From NCBI RefSeq assembly GCF_009914755.1, contig NC_060939.1: a stretch of 64,000 nt of DNA. One strand, 5' to 3'. Under the pieces are notes generated by a model, which made no database searches, was not told the origin of the DNA, and saw only the letters and a list, made by a program, of their open reading frames with translations. Below, piece after piece: positions 26,578-39,545 of this stretch. Position numbers and translations under genes: made by a program. This DNA is from the human T2T-CHM13v2.0 reference genome, Homo sapiens. Within the stretch, counting starts at the first letter, position 1. Each line of letters opens with the position of its first letter.

Positions 26578-29248
26578 GAGAGAAGGGGCAAAATAATGAG
26601 AATGATTGAAACCCCTGGGAATGATGAGAAAGGAGAAAAGAAGCAAACGCCAGAATACTGCCCATCTGACCCCACCACACTTGGCTCATGGGGAACTGAC
26701 TTGCCAGCCGATTGCTCACCCTAAGTCTAGGCCTAGAAGACCCCTGGGGCCAGGTTCTGAGCTTGAGCTCTGAGCAACTGGCTCTTCTAGCTTCCCTAGT
26801 GATTCTCACACAAAGGCCCAGTGCTCATTGGCCCTGACAGTGCTGTGCTTTGACCAGCCGCTTAACCAGCTTTCCTGCCTCCTTCTTAGGACTCAAGCCC
26901 TGTATCCTGACAACCCTCCTTCCCCAAATGGAAACCTACCCGAGGATCAGCTCCTAATCTTGCCTTCTCCACGGACTATCCCTAATCCAGCCCCTCCCGA
27001 AGTGATTTCACCTGAGAATGCCTACATGCACTCACTTCCTTGACTACAAAACAATGGCTCCTCTTTCCCTATGGGTTGCACCTGATGGGGCTGAGCCCTG
27101 TGTGCGGGCTCCATTTACCCCCAGAGCTCGGTGCAGGGACAGAACAGGTATGCAACAAACTGTCACATGAGTGATTTATCCTGGGAGATGCTCCCAGCAC
27201 AGCACCTAACCCGAAAATCCAGAGACAGGTCCTCTGCCTCTAACCTCACACACACCCAGCCCTCGAGCCTGTCAAGGATGTGCAGTGGCCTAACTGGGAA
27301 CACTTGCCCTGTGCGAAGAAAGCAGTAAAGTTAGAGTGGAATACTAGAAAAGGCCCTGACCCAGAAGTCAGGAGACTTGGTTTATCTACTCTTCCTCCCG
27401 TATAGCAGCTCTAAGCAAGTCCTTTCACTTCTCTGGACCTCAGTTTGCTGATCTGTGAGTGGGAGGAAGTGGCGAGATTGCAGTCCTAGACCTCGAATTT
27501 CTAGCGGCTTAAACAAAATGTGAGCAACGGAGAGAGCTGGTGCATGGTGTGCACCAGGAAAATCCGCCGGAGGAGCAGAGGATGCTCAACGTCTGCTCAA
27601 CGCCCTCGGGGCACCCCGCCCAGTCTGCAGGGAGTGACGGCAGAGGGACCCTCTCCGGAAAGCCTCGAGCTTTTGGTACCTCTAAACCCCCTAAACCTCT
27701 CAAGATAATCTCCCGACAGCACTCCAACAAAGAGAGCTGCTGGGCCGGGGCTCCGCTGGCTCCGAGAAGCCGCAGAGGTCGGCGAATCCGGCCCCTCCGA
27801 CTCCGGGAACGAGTGGGACTGAGCCCCCGGCAGGCTCCGATTGCCCCAGCCGGCCGCCGCGAGCCGCACCCCCCGCCCCCCACCCCCCACCGGCCGGGGT
27901 TTTAACCCTTGTTTCCCTGGCAGAGCGCCGGAGGGGCGCTGGTGCCGGGGCGCGAGGACCCCTGCCCAAGGGAGCCGAGATGGCCAGGAGCCCAAACCAT
28001 CCCAAAGGCCTCCTCCAACCCGCCGCAGGCCCTGTTCTCTCGGCTCTTGGAGGGATGGAGAGTGGGCGATCCTGAAGCGGAGCCACTTTGAAATATTTTT
28101 CCGGAGAACATGACCACCCGGGAGACAGTCACACTGGCCTCGCAGCGCGGGCTGCGGGGCACCGATCCCGAGACGCGGCTGCCGCTGGATGGAGCCCGCG
28201 AGTCCAGGTCCGGGAGAAGCCGCCCGGGCTCGGGGGCTCTGGGCACCGCCACGCCGAGGCTCGGCGCTCCCGGGCTCAGGACAGGTGACGGCTGCATCCC
28301 ACTCAGGGACCTTGACGCCCTCGAGGAACGATTCTGCCTATTTTTAAGTAGTATTTTTTCTAACAAATTAGGAAAATAAACCAAGTCCAGGAGGAAGGCG
28401 GCTGCGCTCGGCAGCTCCAAGGAGCCACAACCACCACCCATTTCCCCACCTCCAACACTACCGCCCACGGCTGGGCGAGAAGTTGGGAACTTCGGGACCA
28501 CGCTCCAGGCGCGCGCAGAGAGTGACTTGCTTCTCCTTTAACTTTGGGAGCCAGGGTCGCAGTCTAGGGCAGGAGGATCGTCCTGGGAGCCAACCAACAA
28601 GGCCGTCCAGGTCCTGGACTTCCCGGAATAGAGTAACGGCTATGGGATGGGAAAGAAATAGGGGGATACACGTTCCGCCTCCCTTCTCCCAAAAGCAAAA
28701 GCGTGCATGGCACTTGCTGGGGCTTAGCGGCCGCGGGGCGCATCGCCGGCCGCCGCCGAAAACCTGCTGCGTCCCCGCAGGCTCTGCCTCCCGACCCCGG
28801 CGGGGAAGGCGCCGGTGCAGTGAGTGCAGCCGGCGCACCCGGGGCGGCTTGAGAGCGGAGTCCCCAGACTCAAGGGGGCGGACGGGCGCCCTCCCCGGGA
28901 CACCCGCGCCGCGCCACTGCTCTCGGGTCTTCCCCCGCACGTGGAGGCGCCGCGGACGCTGCATCCCGACTGCGGCCGGAGGGCTGCGGCTGCCCACATT
29001 GAGGCGCCCTACATCCTGCCGGACCCCCTGGCGCTCCTGCAAGCCCCGGCATCCACCTACTCCCGGAGCCAAACTCGGCTTCGGCAGCCGGGACCCGGGC
29101 AGGGCGGCCGGGGTCCGCGGAGCTGGTGGAAAGTTAGTCGCGGGGCCTCAAAGTCCCCTCCCCAGGGCCGGAACCCCCACCCCCGCGTCCCCTGGTGCCC
29201 CCGGCGTCCGAGACTCCGCGTCCTCGCGGTCCCCACTCAGCCACCTAC

Positions 29249-29490
29249 CTGCTCCCGCGGCCGGCCCAGGGATCGGCCGGCCAGTCGCGCGGTCCTGTCC
29301 TCCGGAGCCCGAGCCTGGCCAGAGCGCCAGGCAGGAGCAGGGGCCGCGAGCAGCCGGGAGCCGGGCGGCGGGCAGCGGGCACCGGGAGCGACTGAGCGAG
29401 CGAGCGAGCGGGCGGCTGGAGCCGCGGCGGCTGCTGCCGAGCCAGCCCCCACCCGCTTCGTCCCTCGGCCCCTCCCTCTCCTTCCCTCCC
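29249..29490 (-). other. Probable non-coding first exon (5' UTR); TSS position approximate
   Basis: Minus strand reads ...GCTCGCTCGCTCGCTCAGTCGC...GCGGGAGCAG|GTAGGT, a strong 5' splice donor at 29249/29248; GC-rich, no ATG seen; purine-rich upstream tract. Confidence 0.65.
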
Positions 29491-29830
29491 AGCCTTCCTC
29501 CTCCCGGCTCGCAGCTCCCTCCCTCCGCTCTCCCGCACACCCCCCTCATTTTTTTCCTCTTTCTCTCTGTTTGGTCCTTTCAGATCCTGCTGTTACGCGC
29601 GCGCTCGTTCGTTCTTTTTCCTGTCTTCAGTCTCTCTCTTCAGCTTGCCTTTGGATTCTCCTTTTTCTCCCATTCATCCTTTTCCAGCATCTCACCTCCC
29701 TCCTCCCCACTTTCGTTCTTTTGGTCATTTTTCTTGCTCCCTCTTTTCTCTATTTTCTATTTTCTCCTCCTGCTAACCTTCTCGCGCGTCTACTCCCCTT
29801 TCTCTTCCCTACTCCCCCTTTCCCTCCTGG
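29460..29830. repeat. Polypyrimidine/polypurine low-complexity tract
   Basis: ~370 bp strongly enriched for C/T on the + strand. Confidence 0.85.
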
Positions 29831-32800
29831 GGGAGTGGAGCGGCCTGCGCGCCTCCTCCTCTATGCTCTCGATGGGAGATCCCGGGGATGGGAGTGGGGG
29901 TCTGGGGGTTAAATGGAGCCAGGGGCACCCCCAGGCCGTGCTCCTAACAGGCCGAAGGTCGAGAGGGAGGGGTAGGGCCGGAGACAGGGACTCAAGACAG
30001 GGGCTCGAGAAACGTCCCGGCAAGGAAAAGGGCAAGAAAAGCAAAGAACTCAAAATGTTAAGACCCAAGTCGGGCTGAGCCGTGCCTGGTGAGATGAGGA
30101 AACTGAGACCCAAAGAGAAGAGGGCAATGAACTTGTCTTGCCGAGGTCTACTCCAGGCAAGGTCGAGACCCCCACCGCTCCTCGCAGCCTAGGACTGGGC
30201 TCCTGCGCTGATGCGGGAAGTGCGAGGGCGCCTGAGGCCCGTCAGCTCGTTCCCGTCCCTTTGCCTGCCTCTGCGCCCAAGTCCCGGGGGCCATGGGGAG
30301 GAAGCCTTCCTCCTCTGCTACAGCACCTGGGGCCGCCTGGCTGCCCCACGACACTCCTAGTGAGGCCAAGCCAGACAGGGGTAAAGACCTGGCTCTTAAG
30401 AGTGGTGCAGGGAACCCCCTTTCCTCCACCTCCTACCCCTTCCCAGGAAATGTGGGCTGACTCCTGCTTACACGGGATAGGAGTGGCGGCAGGGTACTTT
30501 GCTCGTGGGGTTTGCCCTCTTTTGTCCTTGAATAAAACTGGAGCGGAAAGGCCCAGGGTTGGAAAGGTGGTTATACACACCTGGGGAGATGAATTTTTGC
30601 GAATAAAGTAGGCCTAATGCCTGAGACTGGGAGCTGTGTGTCCGTCCGTGTGTCTGAGCACCTAGCCCACCCGGGCCATTCTGGGTCTGATGGAGCAAGT
30701 CCCTCCCCTAGAAGCTTTTCCTGGCACTTCCTCGTTTCAGCCCAGTGGAGTCGGGCGGGAGGAGAGACGTGGGGTCTCCGTTCCCATGGAGTCCACGCTG
30801 CGGCCCGACACCACCAGGATTCTCATAGTTCCACCCCTAATTTCTGGGGCCAGAAATTTCTGTGGTACACAACCAGAAGCAGAAACAGAAGTACAACCAG
30901 AAGCAGAACCTCTGCTCAGCCCCTGGGTAAAAATCTACTTTGGGATGCTAGCAAAACTCTGCACAAATATTCTATTCATTCCTCGCTTTGGGATATCAAA
31001 TTAAGTCAATAAAGCCCGGCCTGGGCCTCTGTGGTTCACACCACAAAGCCAGAAGAAGCATCTGCTCAAGGCTGAGACTTGGGTGGGGCACGTGGAGTGC
31101 TCACCCTCAGAGTCTGCAACTGAGGGTGAGCGCCTCCTTAAATTCTCCCCTCAGAGCCTCCCTGCCTCACCCTAGTCCCGACTGCAGGCAAATCTGAGGG
31201 CTGCTGTTCACCAGCTGTCTGGCCTTGGTCCATGGCCGCCCCCATGCTGGCATTATTTCCCCACCTGACCATGAAGAGGCTGAATTCGATGTTCTCTAAG
31301 ATTTTCTCCAGCTCTGAGGTGCCACAGTTTGTGGGTATCATAGATGCCAAATTTGTATGCCTGCTCCACCACTTACTAACTGTGACACTGGGCAGTCACT
31401 TAACCTGTTTCCCTATCAGTAAAATGGGAACGATGATAGTACTGTGAGCTGTGTGAGGATTAAACCACATAATGCACCGAAGCACAATTCCTGACACAGA
31501 GTAGCACTTGACTACTGTGAGCAATTAATACTGCACAAGGTAGGGTTTGGCATATCTTTCCTTCATCTTCACATTCCCATTTTCATTATGAGTTGTAATC
31601 CCCACCATGTCCCACAACCCTCCCTCTATGTGGTAGCCATCCACTTATAAGTCTCAGACTTCAGTTCTGATAGGTTTGGGAAGGTAGACAGGTCTTCCCA
31701 TCTCATCCCATCTCGATGACCAATAAATAGGAAGAAACTCCCGCTCCCTCCTCTTATACACTCACACCTGCCAGGCTTGAATTGTGTGTCTGAGGATTGC
31801 TGGCCCCCTCCACGCTGGGCTGGGGATTGCCTGGTTTTCTGCTACACTCTAAAAAGCCATACCAATCTATAGAGCTGCACCTTCCATACCCAGATGGCAA
31901 GGCTCCAAGGACACATGTCCCAACAGAGCCAGAAACACTTTTAGCAAGCATCTCTGAGGTTGGCTGGGGGTCACATTAGAGCCCATGGTCCATCATTCAT
32001 TTGTCAGTCTCTGAGTGCCTACTTACAGGAGGCGCCACTCTGCACAGCCCACTGCCATATCCACCTTCAACTAGCTGCAACAAGGTCATTTTGGAAGCTA
32101 TGCCATCTAAAGCCAGGCTACTCACTGAAGGGCATATTTGAGATAAAAATCCACTATTCTGTGCTATAAACCCTGCTATCAAAAAGTTTGCATACCTGGT
32201 TGATGCTGCCAGAAAAAAAAAAAAAAGCAAGCTTATACTCTGGAGTCGGAAGACAGTGGAAAAAAAAAAAAAAAGAAAAAGAAAAGGAGCAGAAGCAGAG
32301 TAGGGAACCTGGAAGAGGAAGCCTGACTTCAAATCCTTGGCTCTGTCACATGTTAGCTATATGACCACAAGCAAGTGCAATTGCACCCTCTGCACACTTT
32401 GGCCTGGACAGGGGTGAAAAGTAAGGAAGCCAAAACTCCGGCACCTAAGGTGAGAGGATCTCCTCCTCTTAGAAATAAATTATCTGAAGGCTAGGACACT
32501 GGAGAGAGGATCCAAGGCTCAGACCACAGTGGTCTTTCCTTCAGTCAAGTGTGCAGGCAGGGAATTCTCTTTGTTTTCCTTCTCTCTCCCTCCATTCCTT
32601 GAGGGGAGATCGCCTTTCCCTCTCTATCTTCCTGCAGAACTCTGACTCAAAGCCCCAAGCAGGAATACCCACAAAGCAAACCCAGGGATGACTGGAATTT
32701 GTTGAATGAATGAACGATTTCAGAACTTGTGGGGTCTTTTAAAACTGCAAGTGGAACACAATATGTCAGAGTGCTTGGGAGGGCGGAATGTCTCCCTCCC

Positions 32801-34611
32801 CACCAGACTCTAACATAATTGGGGTCAATACCATGTCTTATTTACCTTCATATCTGATACAAAGCCCAGCATAGGGCCTTGCCTTGGTAAAAGAATAAGT
32901 AAAATATCTACAATTTATTAATAAGATACACACATGTTATCATTTAAACTTCGTGACAATTCTGTATAGTAGGCATTATTATTTCCCTTCTACAGAGGAA
33001 AGACTGAGGGCCAAAAAAAAGTAATTTGCCCTAGGCCACATAGCCAGTAAATGACAGAACCTGAATTTGAACTCAAGCTTGTTCTAAGCTCTTTTCTCGA
33101 TGCTGTAGTGTCTTGCACTATGGGACTGGGACTTGGGTAAGGCAACCTAGGGAGGCATTCACTCTCAGGAGCTGAATGCACATACACAAACCTGAAAGTA
33201 ACCTTCGAAAAATGCCCCCAAAGAATTATAGAGAATTTTGGGATCCATGTGGTCCTAGCCATCAGTGAGGTGCAGAGAAGAAACCATTGCTCAACTGCAT
33301 TACATCCACTGATAGAACATACACTGATACAATATATGCCAGACCCATCTGCAAATATACCCACACACAACAATCCTGCCCGATACACAAATTACTGGGA
33401 GATGACAACCCAACACACCTACACACACACCAACACACCCCAAACATCCCCTGCACACACAAATATAACACAATTCCTGCACTCTTAAAAACGGGCGGGA
33501 GGCAGAGGATCAGAATAAGACGCAGTGGCATGACTCTTTTCACAAGCTTTTTATGAACCCACAACCACCAATCGAAGTCTTGATTAACTTGGTTGTATTT
33601 ATTAAATCGTGTTCAATATTTAATAACTTTGAATATGGATTGAATATTTAATGAGATTGGTGGAGATCTATTTGTGTATAAACGTCAGAAGTGCCAATTG
33701 CTTTGAATTGAGAATTGAGTCTGTGACTCATTCTCAGTAGCTGGTACTGGAGAGCTCTCCATTCTACATTTTCATGGATTTATTTAAATTACAGGTTATC
33801 ATCATGACATTATTACACCATTACTTATTATGATGCTCCACTATTATAACATTATTAGGCTGTCCCAGAAAATGTGGCATTTAGATACTGAATTTCCTTG
33901 CATCCAGTAAAACCTGGATTGGGGTCTCTTGGTCTCCTTCCTCCATGTTTACTAGGAAAAGGGGCCAAATATGACACTGTGAAATGCATGCTGTCTTAAG
34001 CCCTCAATCCTCCCACAGGTACAAGATGATCTGGAAGCAATTTCTGGGTTATACTTTGTCCAAGACTAATTTGTCCAAAAGAAGAAACTCTACTTTGTGG
34101 ACTGAAGACAAGCAACATGAATTTCTGAAACTTCTTTTACAGAAATATGAGAATCGGATGCATAATGCAATTTTCAGAGGCATCATGGGGATTCGTGAAA
34201 GTCCTTGGAAGATTTGAGATTCAGGAACTCAATGAATAAATTTAACTATCCATAAGTGTGGATTTTACACAAGGTACAGTTATATATTAATGATGTTCTC
34301 TGGCTAATAAGTAATTACAAAATGTAGTTTGTTAGGGGTCAAAGAGAAATCATTGGAAATAGCCCTTGTGCCACAGCAGGCTGTTGCCTGGCAGGATATA
34401 AACTGCTTACTCACAAGAGAGACCAAATGCATTCTCCATCAAATAACTCTCATCACTGACATACCTTTGTCATATTCTGATTTGCTCTGATTTTGGGTCC
34501 AAAGCAAATGTAAATAAATGCTACCAAAAGAAGAATAATTATAACACCACCATTAGGTGGACAGTAGCCTTCTGACTGAAATCAATGTAATCATACTTCT
34601 TGGATACTGTT

Positions 34612-34658
34612 TTATATATATGTAAATATATATATTTATATATATTTATACACACAGG

Positions 34659-34698
<40 letters not shown>

Positions 34699-35010
34699 GT
34701 GTATACATATATATATACAGGGTCTCACTCTGTTGCCAAGGCTGGAATGCAGTGGTGTAATCATGGCTCAATGCAGCCTCAAACTCCTGGGCTCAAGTAA
34801 TGCCTCTGCCTCAGCCTCCTCAGTAGCTGAAACCACAGGTGTGGCTACCATGCCTGGCTAATTTTTTTTTGTTTTTTTTTTGTTTTTTTTGGTAGAGACA
34901 GGGTCTCACAATGTTGCCCAGGCTGGTCTCAAACTTCTGGCCTCAAGCAATTCTCCCACCTCAGCCTCCCAAAGTGCTAGGATTAAAGGCCTGAGCCACT
35001 GTGCTCAGCC
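34612..35010 (-). mobile_element. AluJ-like element whose tail is a compound (TA)n(TG)n(TA)n microsatellite (34612-34717)
   Basis: TATATA...GTGTGTGT...ATATATAC directly followed by AGGGTCTCACTCTGTTGCC antisense Alu. Confidence 0.92.
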
Positions 35011-35164
35011 ACTGTTTTCATTTTATTTGCAACAAATGATTAGAAAAATTTGCACCTCTAAACACTTTTCTTTATTCTCCTCACCTTCAATACTCGACCA
35101 ACTTTTAAATTAAATTCTACCTGATACCACACCAGTTTATTTGCCCATTCTGAATCCCCCATAG

Positions 35165-35486
<322 letters not shown>

Positions 35487-35499
35487 GTGCTTCATGATC

Positions 35500-38070
35500 T
35501 TATTTATGCTGTTCTCAGAGCCTTAATGACTTTCCCATCCTCTTTTAAGCTTGGCAAACTCGTCTTACCCTTTAAAATTCTGCTCATCACTAAGGCCTTC
35601 CTTGGTGCCTTTACCCTACCTGTTTACCTACCCTGATTGGCACTTTTCTCACTGTAGTTTGATTATATGTTTACAGGTCTACCTGCTCACATTGTATGGT
35701 GAATACCATAGTCATTTCAATATCTCCAGTGTCTTGCATAGTGCCTGGTCTAATCCTGGGCGGATGCATGGATGAATGAATGGATGATGGATGGATGGAC
35801 GGACTTGGAAATAAAAACATACGGGTTTTATTATACTTGCGGCTCTTTATCCTTTGACTTGGGTTGAGCAGGGTGTTGGAGTAGGAGCCATCTTATTTTC
35901 CAGGAAGCTCATAATGCCATTCATTCTTAGACTCAAGTCAAAGCTCAAAGGGATTAGCTACGCCTTTGTTTTACAGAGAAAGTCATCCCCCTCATGGTTT
36001 CCCAATAACACATGTTTTCATTCAACAAACATTTATGAAGTTCTTACTATGTGCCAGGCTCCCTGCTCACTGCCTTGACTCACAACCCAAATCACTAAAT
36101 CAACCCAGGTGGATTTCTAGTAGCAGGCAGCATCCAGGAACAACTTCTCTCCAGCACTGTTGGCAGTTTCCTCGCAGAAACCAACAGACTTTGGGGGAAG
36201 CAGAAGAATCTCCTCCTCGAGAGGGGGTCTGGAACTCTGGCTGAGTGGCAGCTTGACTTGGCAAATTCTTAGCTTTATATAAGCACCTCAAATCCTTTGT
36301 GGAAGTAGGTAGGGTATCAACACAATTCTCACACATTAAGCAAAATGTCCTCCTCTTCTTCAGCTTCCTCTGCTACCACTCCCTTCTCTACATTTGTCCT
36401 CCAGCAATGCTGAAAGAGGCTTGTGGGCCCTGTGCCCACTAGAACACAAGCTCCATGAGGAAGGGACTTTGCTTTGTTTGCCATTATACATCCAGCATCT
36501 AGAACTACACCTGGATATAATAGGCCATCAGTGAGTATTGGATAAGTTAATGAATGATATGTCATATTTTTGTCTTTGCTAGTGATGTCTTCTGTGCTTG
36601 GGACGACCTGTTTCTTCACACTAACTCTTACTCATCCAGCAAGACTAAGTCAGGCATATTCTCTCCTAGATAATCCTCCCTGAAGCCCCCGGGTTGGACC
36701 ATACACCCTTCCTCTGGGTTTCCTGGCACCATGTGCATAGGCCTCTCTTTGCACTAACCACAATGTACTGCATTTATCTGTTATGTGTCTGCTCCCCATT
36801 CCAGACTTTGAGCATCATGAAGACAGGAACCATATGCTATTCATCGTCATACCCTCAGCTCCTTGGCAAGGTATCTGGAACACAGAGAGAACTCTATAAA
36901 GATTTGTCAAGCTGTACTGAACAACCCCAAGCGGATGCAGATTGGGTCACACCAAATGTGATTGCTGATTCATGTGGTCATTTGGCAAATATTGATTGAG
37001 TGCCTATGATGTGCCAAGCACTATTCTTAGCCAACGCTAAGCCAAATACACAAAAATAATGATAAAGTGAGTGCTTGTCAATTAGGTACAACCCAGGTAT
37101 TTTACCAGGCTAGTTAATTGGTGTGTTGAGTCAATATGAAGACTGTTTTAAACTTCAGCTTTTGCTATAATATTATTTAAGCCTAGACAGGAAATTCAGG
37201 GTTCCAATAACTCAATGCTCTCTCTTTCCTGGGCTTCAGTGTCCACACCTACATGATGCACATATACTGTAGTCTCCCATGAGATATTTTGACATATGTT
37301 TATACAGGATCCTCTGAAATTCCTTGCACATTTTTAAATCTTAACAATTTGCCTAGAAACACTTTACAAATTGCATTAAGTATTTCAAGGCTTAGAAAAC
37401 ACTATTGCACAAAATGCCTTTGTATTTAAGATCTCATGATAAAGTCCATGTATTTATCTCATGATAAATAAAGTCCAATCAGCTTTCGATTCAGTTGAAA
37501 TTCAATGTGCCTTTAAAAGCCATGTATTGATTTATTTGATCATACCCATGACCTATGTTACATTTAAGAAACTTTTATTGAGCCCTTTTATTGTATCATG
37601 CATTGTAGTAGGCACTAAAGAAAACAAAGATTAATAAAATGTGATCTTGACCTTTAAACAGCGCCAAGTTTGTTGGGGGAGCCTGAAACACAGCTGACCT
37701 ACTGTAACATGTGAGATTGAGAGATGTTGCAACCCAGGTATACACAAGATGCTATGACAGCATAGAAGACCAACACATTCATTTTGTCTGCAAAGGTATC
37801 AGGGAATGTTTGATAAAAGTGGTGACACCTGAGCCAAGCCTAAATAAATGAGTAGAATTTGGCACAGTGAAAAGAAAGTACTAGAGAGAGGGGAGTGACA
37901 TGGCACAGTGATAGGAGGCACATGGCACACTCGAGGGATACGTGCCATGGGCAGCTAGAGCAAAATGTAACTGCCAGGAAAGAGAGAGGAAAAGGTTGGA
38001 AAGGTGAGCTGGGCTCTGATGGAGGAAGATATTGATTGATAACAAGGTAGAATTTTATTCTGGAGATAAT
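35500..38070. mobile_element. Cluster of L2 relics in both orientations interspersed with unique sequence
   Basis: TAGTGCCTGG...GATGAATGAATGGATG; CATTCAACAAACATTTAT...TATGTGCCAGG; GCTCCATGAGGAAGGGAC; TTTATTGAGC...TAGGCACT. Confidence 0.55.
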
Positions 38071-38105
38071 GGAGAATATTATTAAAGCTTAAAAGTTTTT
38101 AAATT

Positions 38106-38412
<307 letters not shown>

Positions 38413-38504
38413 TTATATGATGCCTTTATGCATCTATTATATAAAAAGACATACATTATAATACTCTGTCACACACACAAAAATGAATAAACACCAATAC
38501 TATC

Positions 38505-38861
38505 TGATATGGTTTGGCTGTGTCCCTGCCCAAATCTCATCTTGAATTCTCACATGTTGTGGGAGGGACCCAGTGGGAGGTAACTGAATCATGGGGGCAG
38601 GTCTTTCCGATGCTGTTCTCCTGATAGTGAATAAGTCTCATGAGATCTAATGGCTTTATAAAGCAGAGCTTCCCTGCACAAGCTCTCTCTCTTTGCCTGC
38701 TGCCATCCATGTAAGACATGACTTGCTACTCCTTGACTTCTGCCATGATTGTGAGGCCTCCCCAGCCATGTGGATCTGTAAGTCCAATTAAACCCCTTTC
38801 TTTTGTAAATTGCCCAGTCTTGGGTATGTCTTTATCAGCAGCATGAAACCAGACTAATACA
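38505..38861 (+). mobile_element. THE1 (THE1B-like) MaLR solo LTR
   Basis: TGATATGGTTTGGCTGTGTCCC start, GACTAATACA end, 5-bp TSD CTATC/CTATT. Confidence 0.93.
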
Positions 38862-39149
38862 CTATTTGTCTTTTATGAAATGAAATATCTACTCTGTACC
38901 AGGCAGGTGCCTTGCTAAGATAGGAATTCTTGCATTTTATCTTCACGAAAACCCTGAGATGTGTCATGATGCCCATTTTACAGATGAGGTAATGGAGGCT
39001 AAGAGTAGTTAAATCTCTTAGCTACTCTGTAGTGGACCTGGAACTTGAAATGTGTCTGACTCCAAAGTCCGTGATCTTAACTTTTAGGCTACGGCAGCAG
39101 CTTGTACAAACAATAAACAGATTCACGAATTAGAGGTTTACATAAAATT

Positions 39150-39545
39150 ATTTTTAGCCTCAGGACATATCAAAAGCCTTAAAATGTTTACACTCTTAAA
39201 CCCAGTAATGACAATTCTGAGAACAAATCTTACAGAAATAATCGGAAATTCACCCAAAGATTCATGTATAAAGATGATTATTGCAATGCTATTTATAACA
39301 GAGAAAAGTTGAAAGCAACCTAAGTACCCAACATTAGGAAAGGGTCCCTTATAAAATGGTGTATTATTTAATCATTAAAATTTTGATTGCATGGGATAGA
39401 ATTATATAATCTCAATCTGTAAAGAAAAAATGCACAGTAAAAAAAATGAAAAAGAAACATTTCACAATGTAATTAGCAGTGGCCTCTGGGAGAAGTTAGA
39501 GGTGATTTTTTTCTCCTATGCATTCCAAATTGTCTACGCTTGAAC
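39150..39545 (+). mobile_element. Old L1M(E)-like fragment
   Basis: AAAGATTCATGTATAAAGATG...GCTATTTATAACAGAGAAAAGTTGAAAGCAACCTAAGTACCCAACA. Confidence 0.6.

Larger units (their letters stand above)
27700..30300. promoter_or_regulatory. CpG island / promoter of a minus-strand gene
   Basis: Abrupt rise in GC and CpG density with many CGCG, GGGGCGG and CCGCC motifs against a CpG-poor background; Alu-free. Confidence 0.9.

Noticed and set aside
28483-30078. 531-aa and overlapping 362-aa plus-strand ORFs
   Set aside because: Non-ATG starts in a stop-poor CpG island and pyrimidine tract. The translations are R/P/G/A then S/F/L low complexity, with no recognisable domain and several overlapping frames open.
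30319-30339. RE1-like TACAGCACCTGGGGCCGCC near the promoter
   Set aside because: Two mismatches in the GGACAG core and a poor 3' end.
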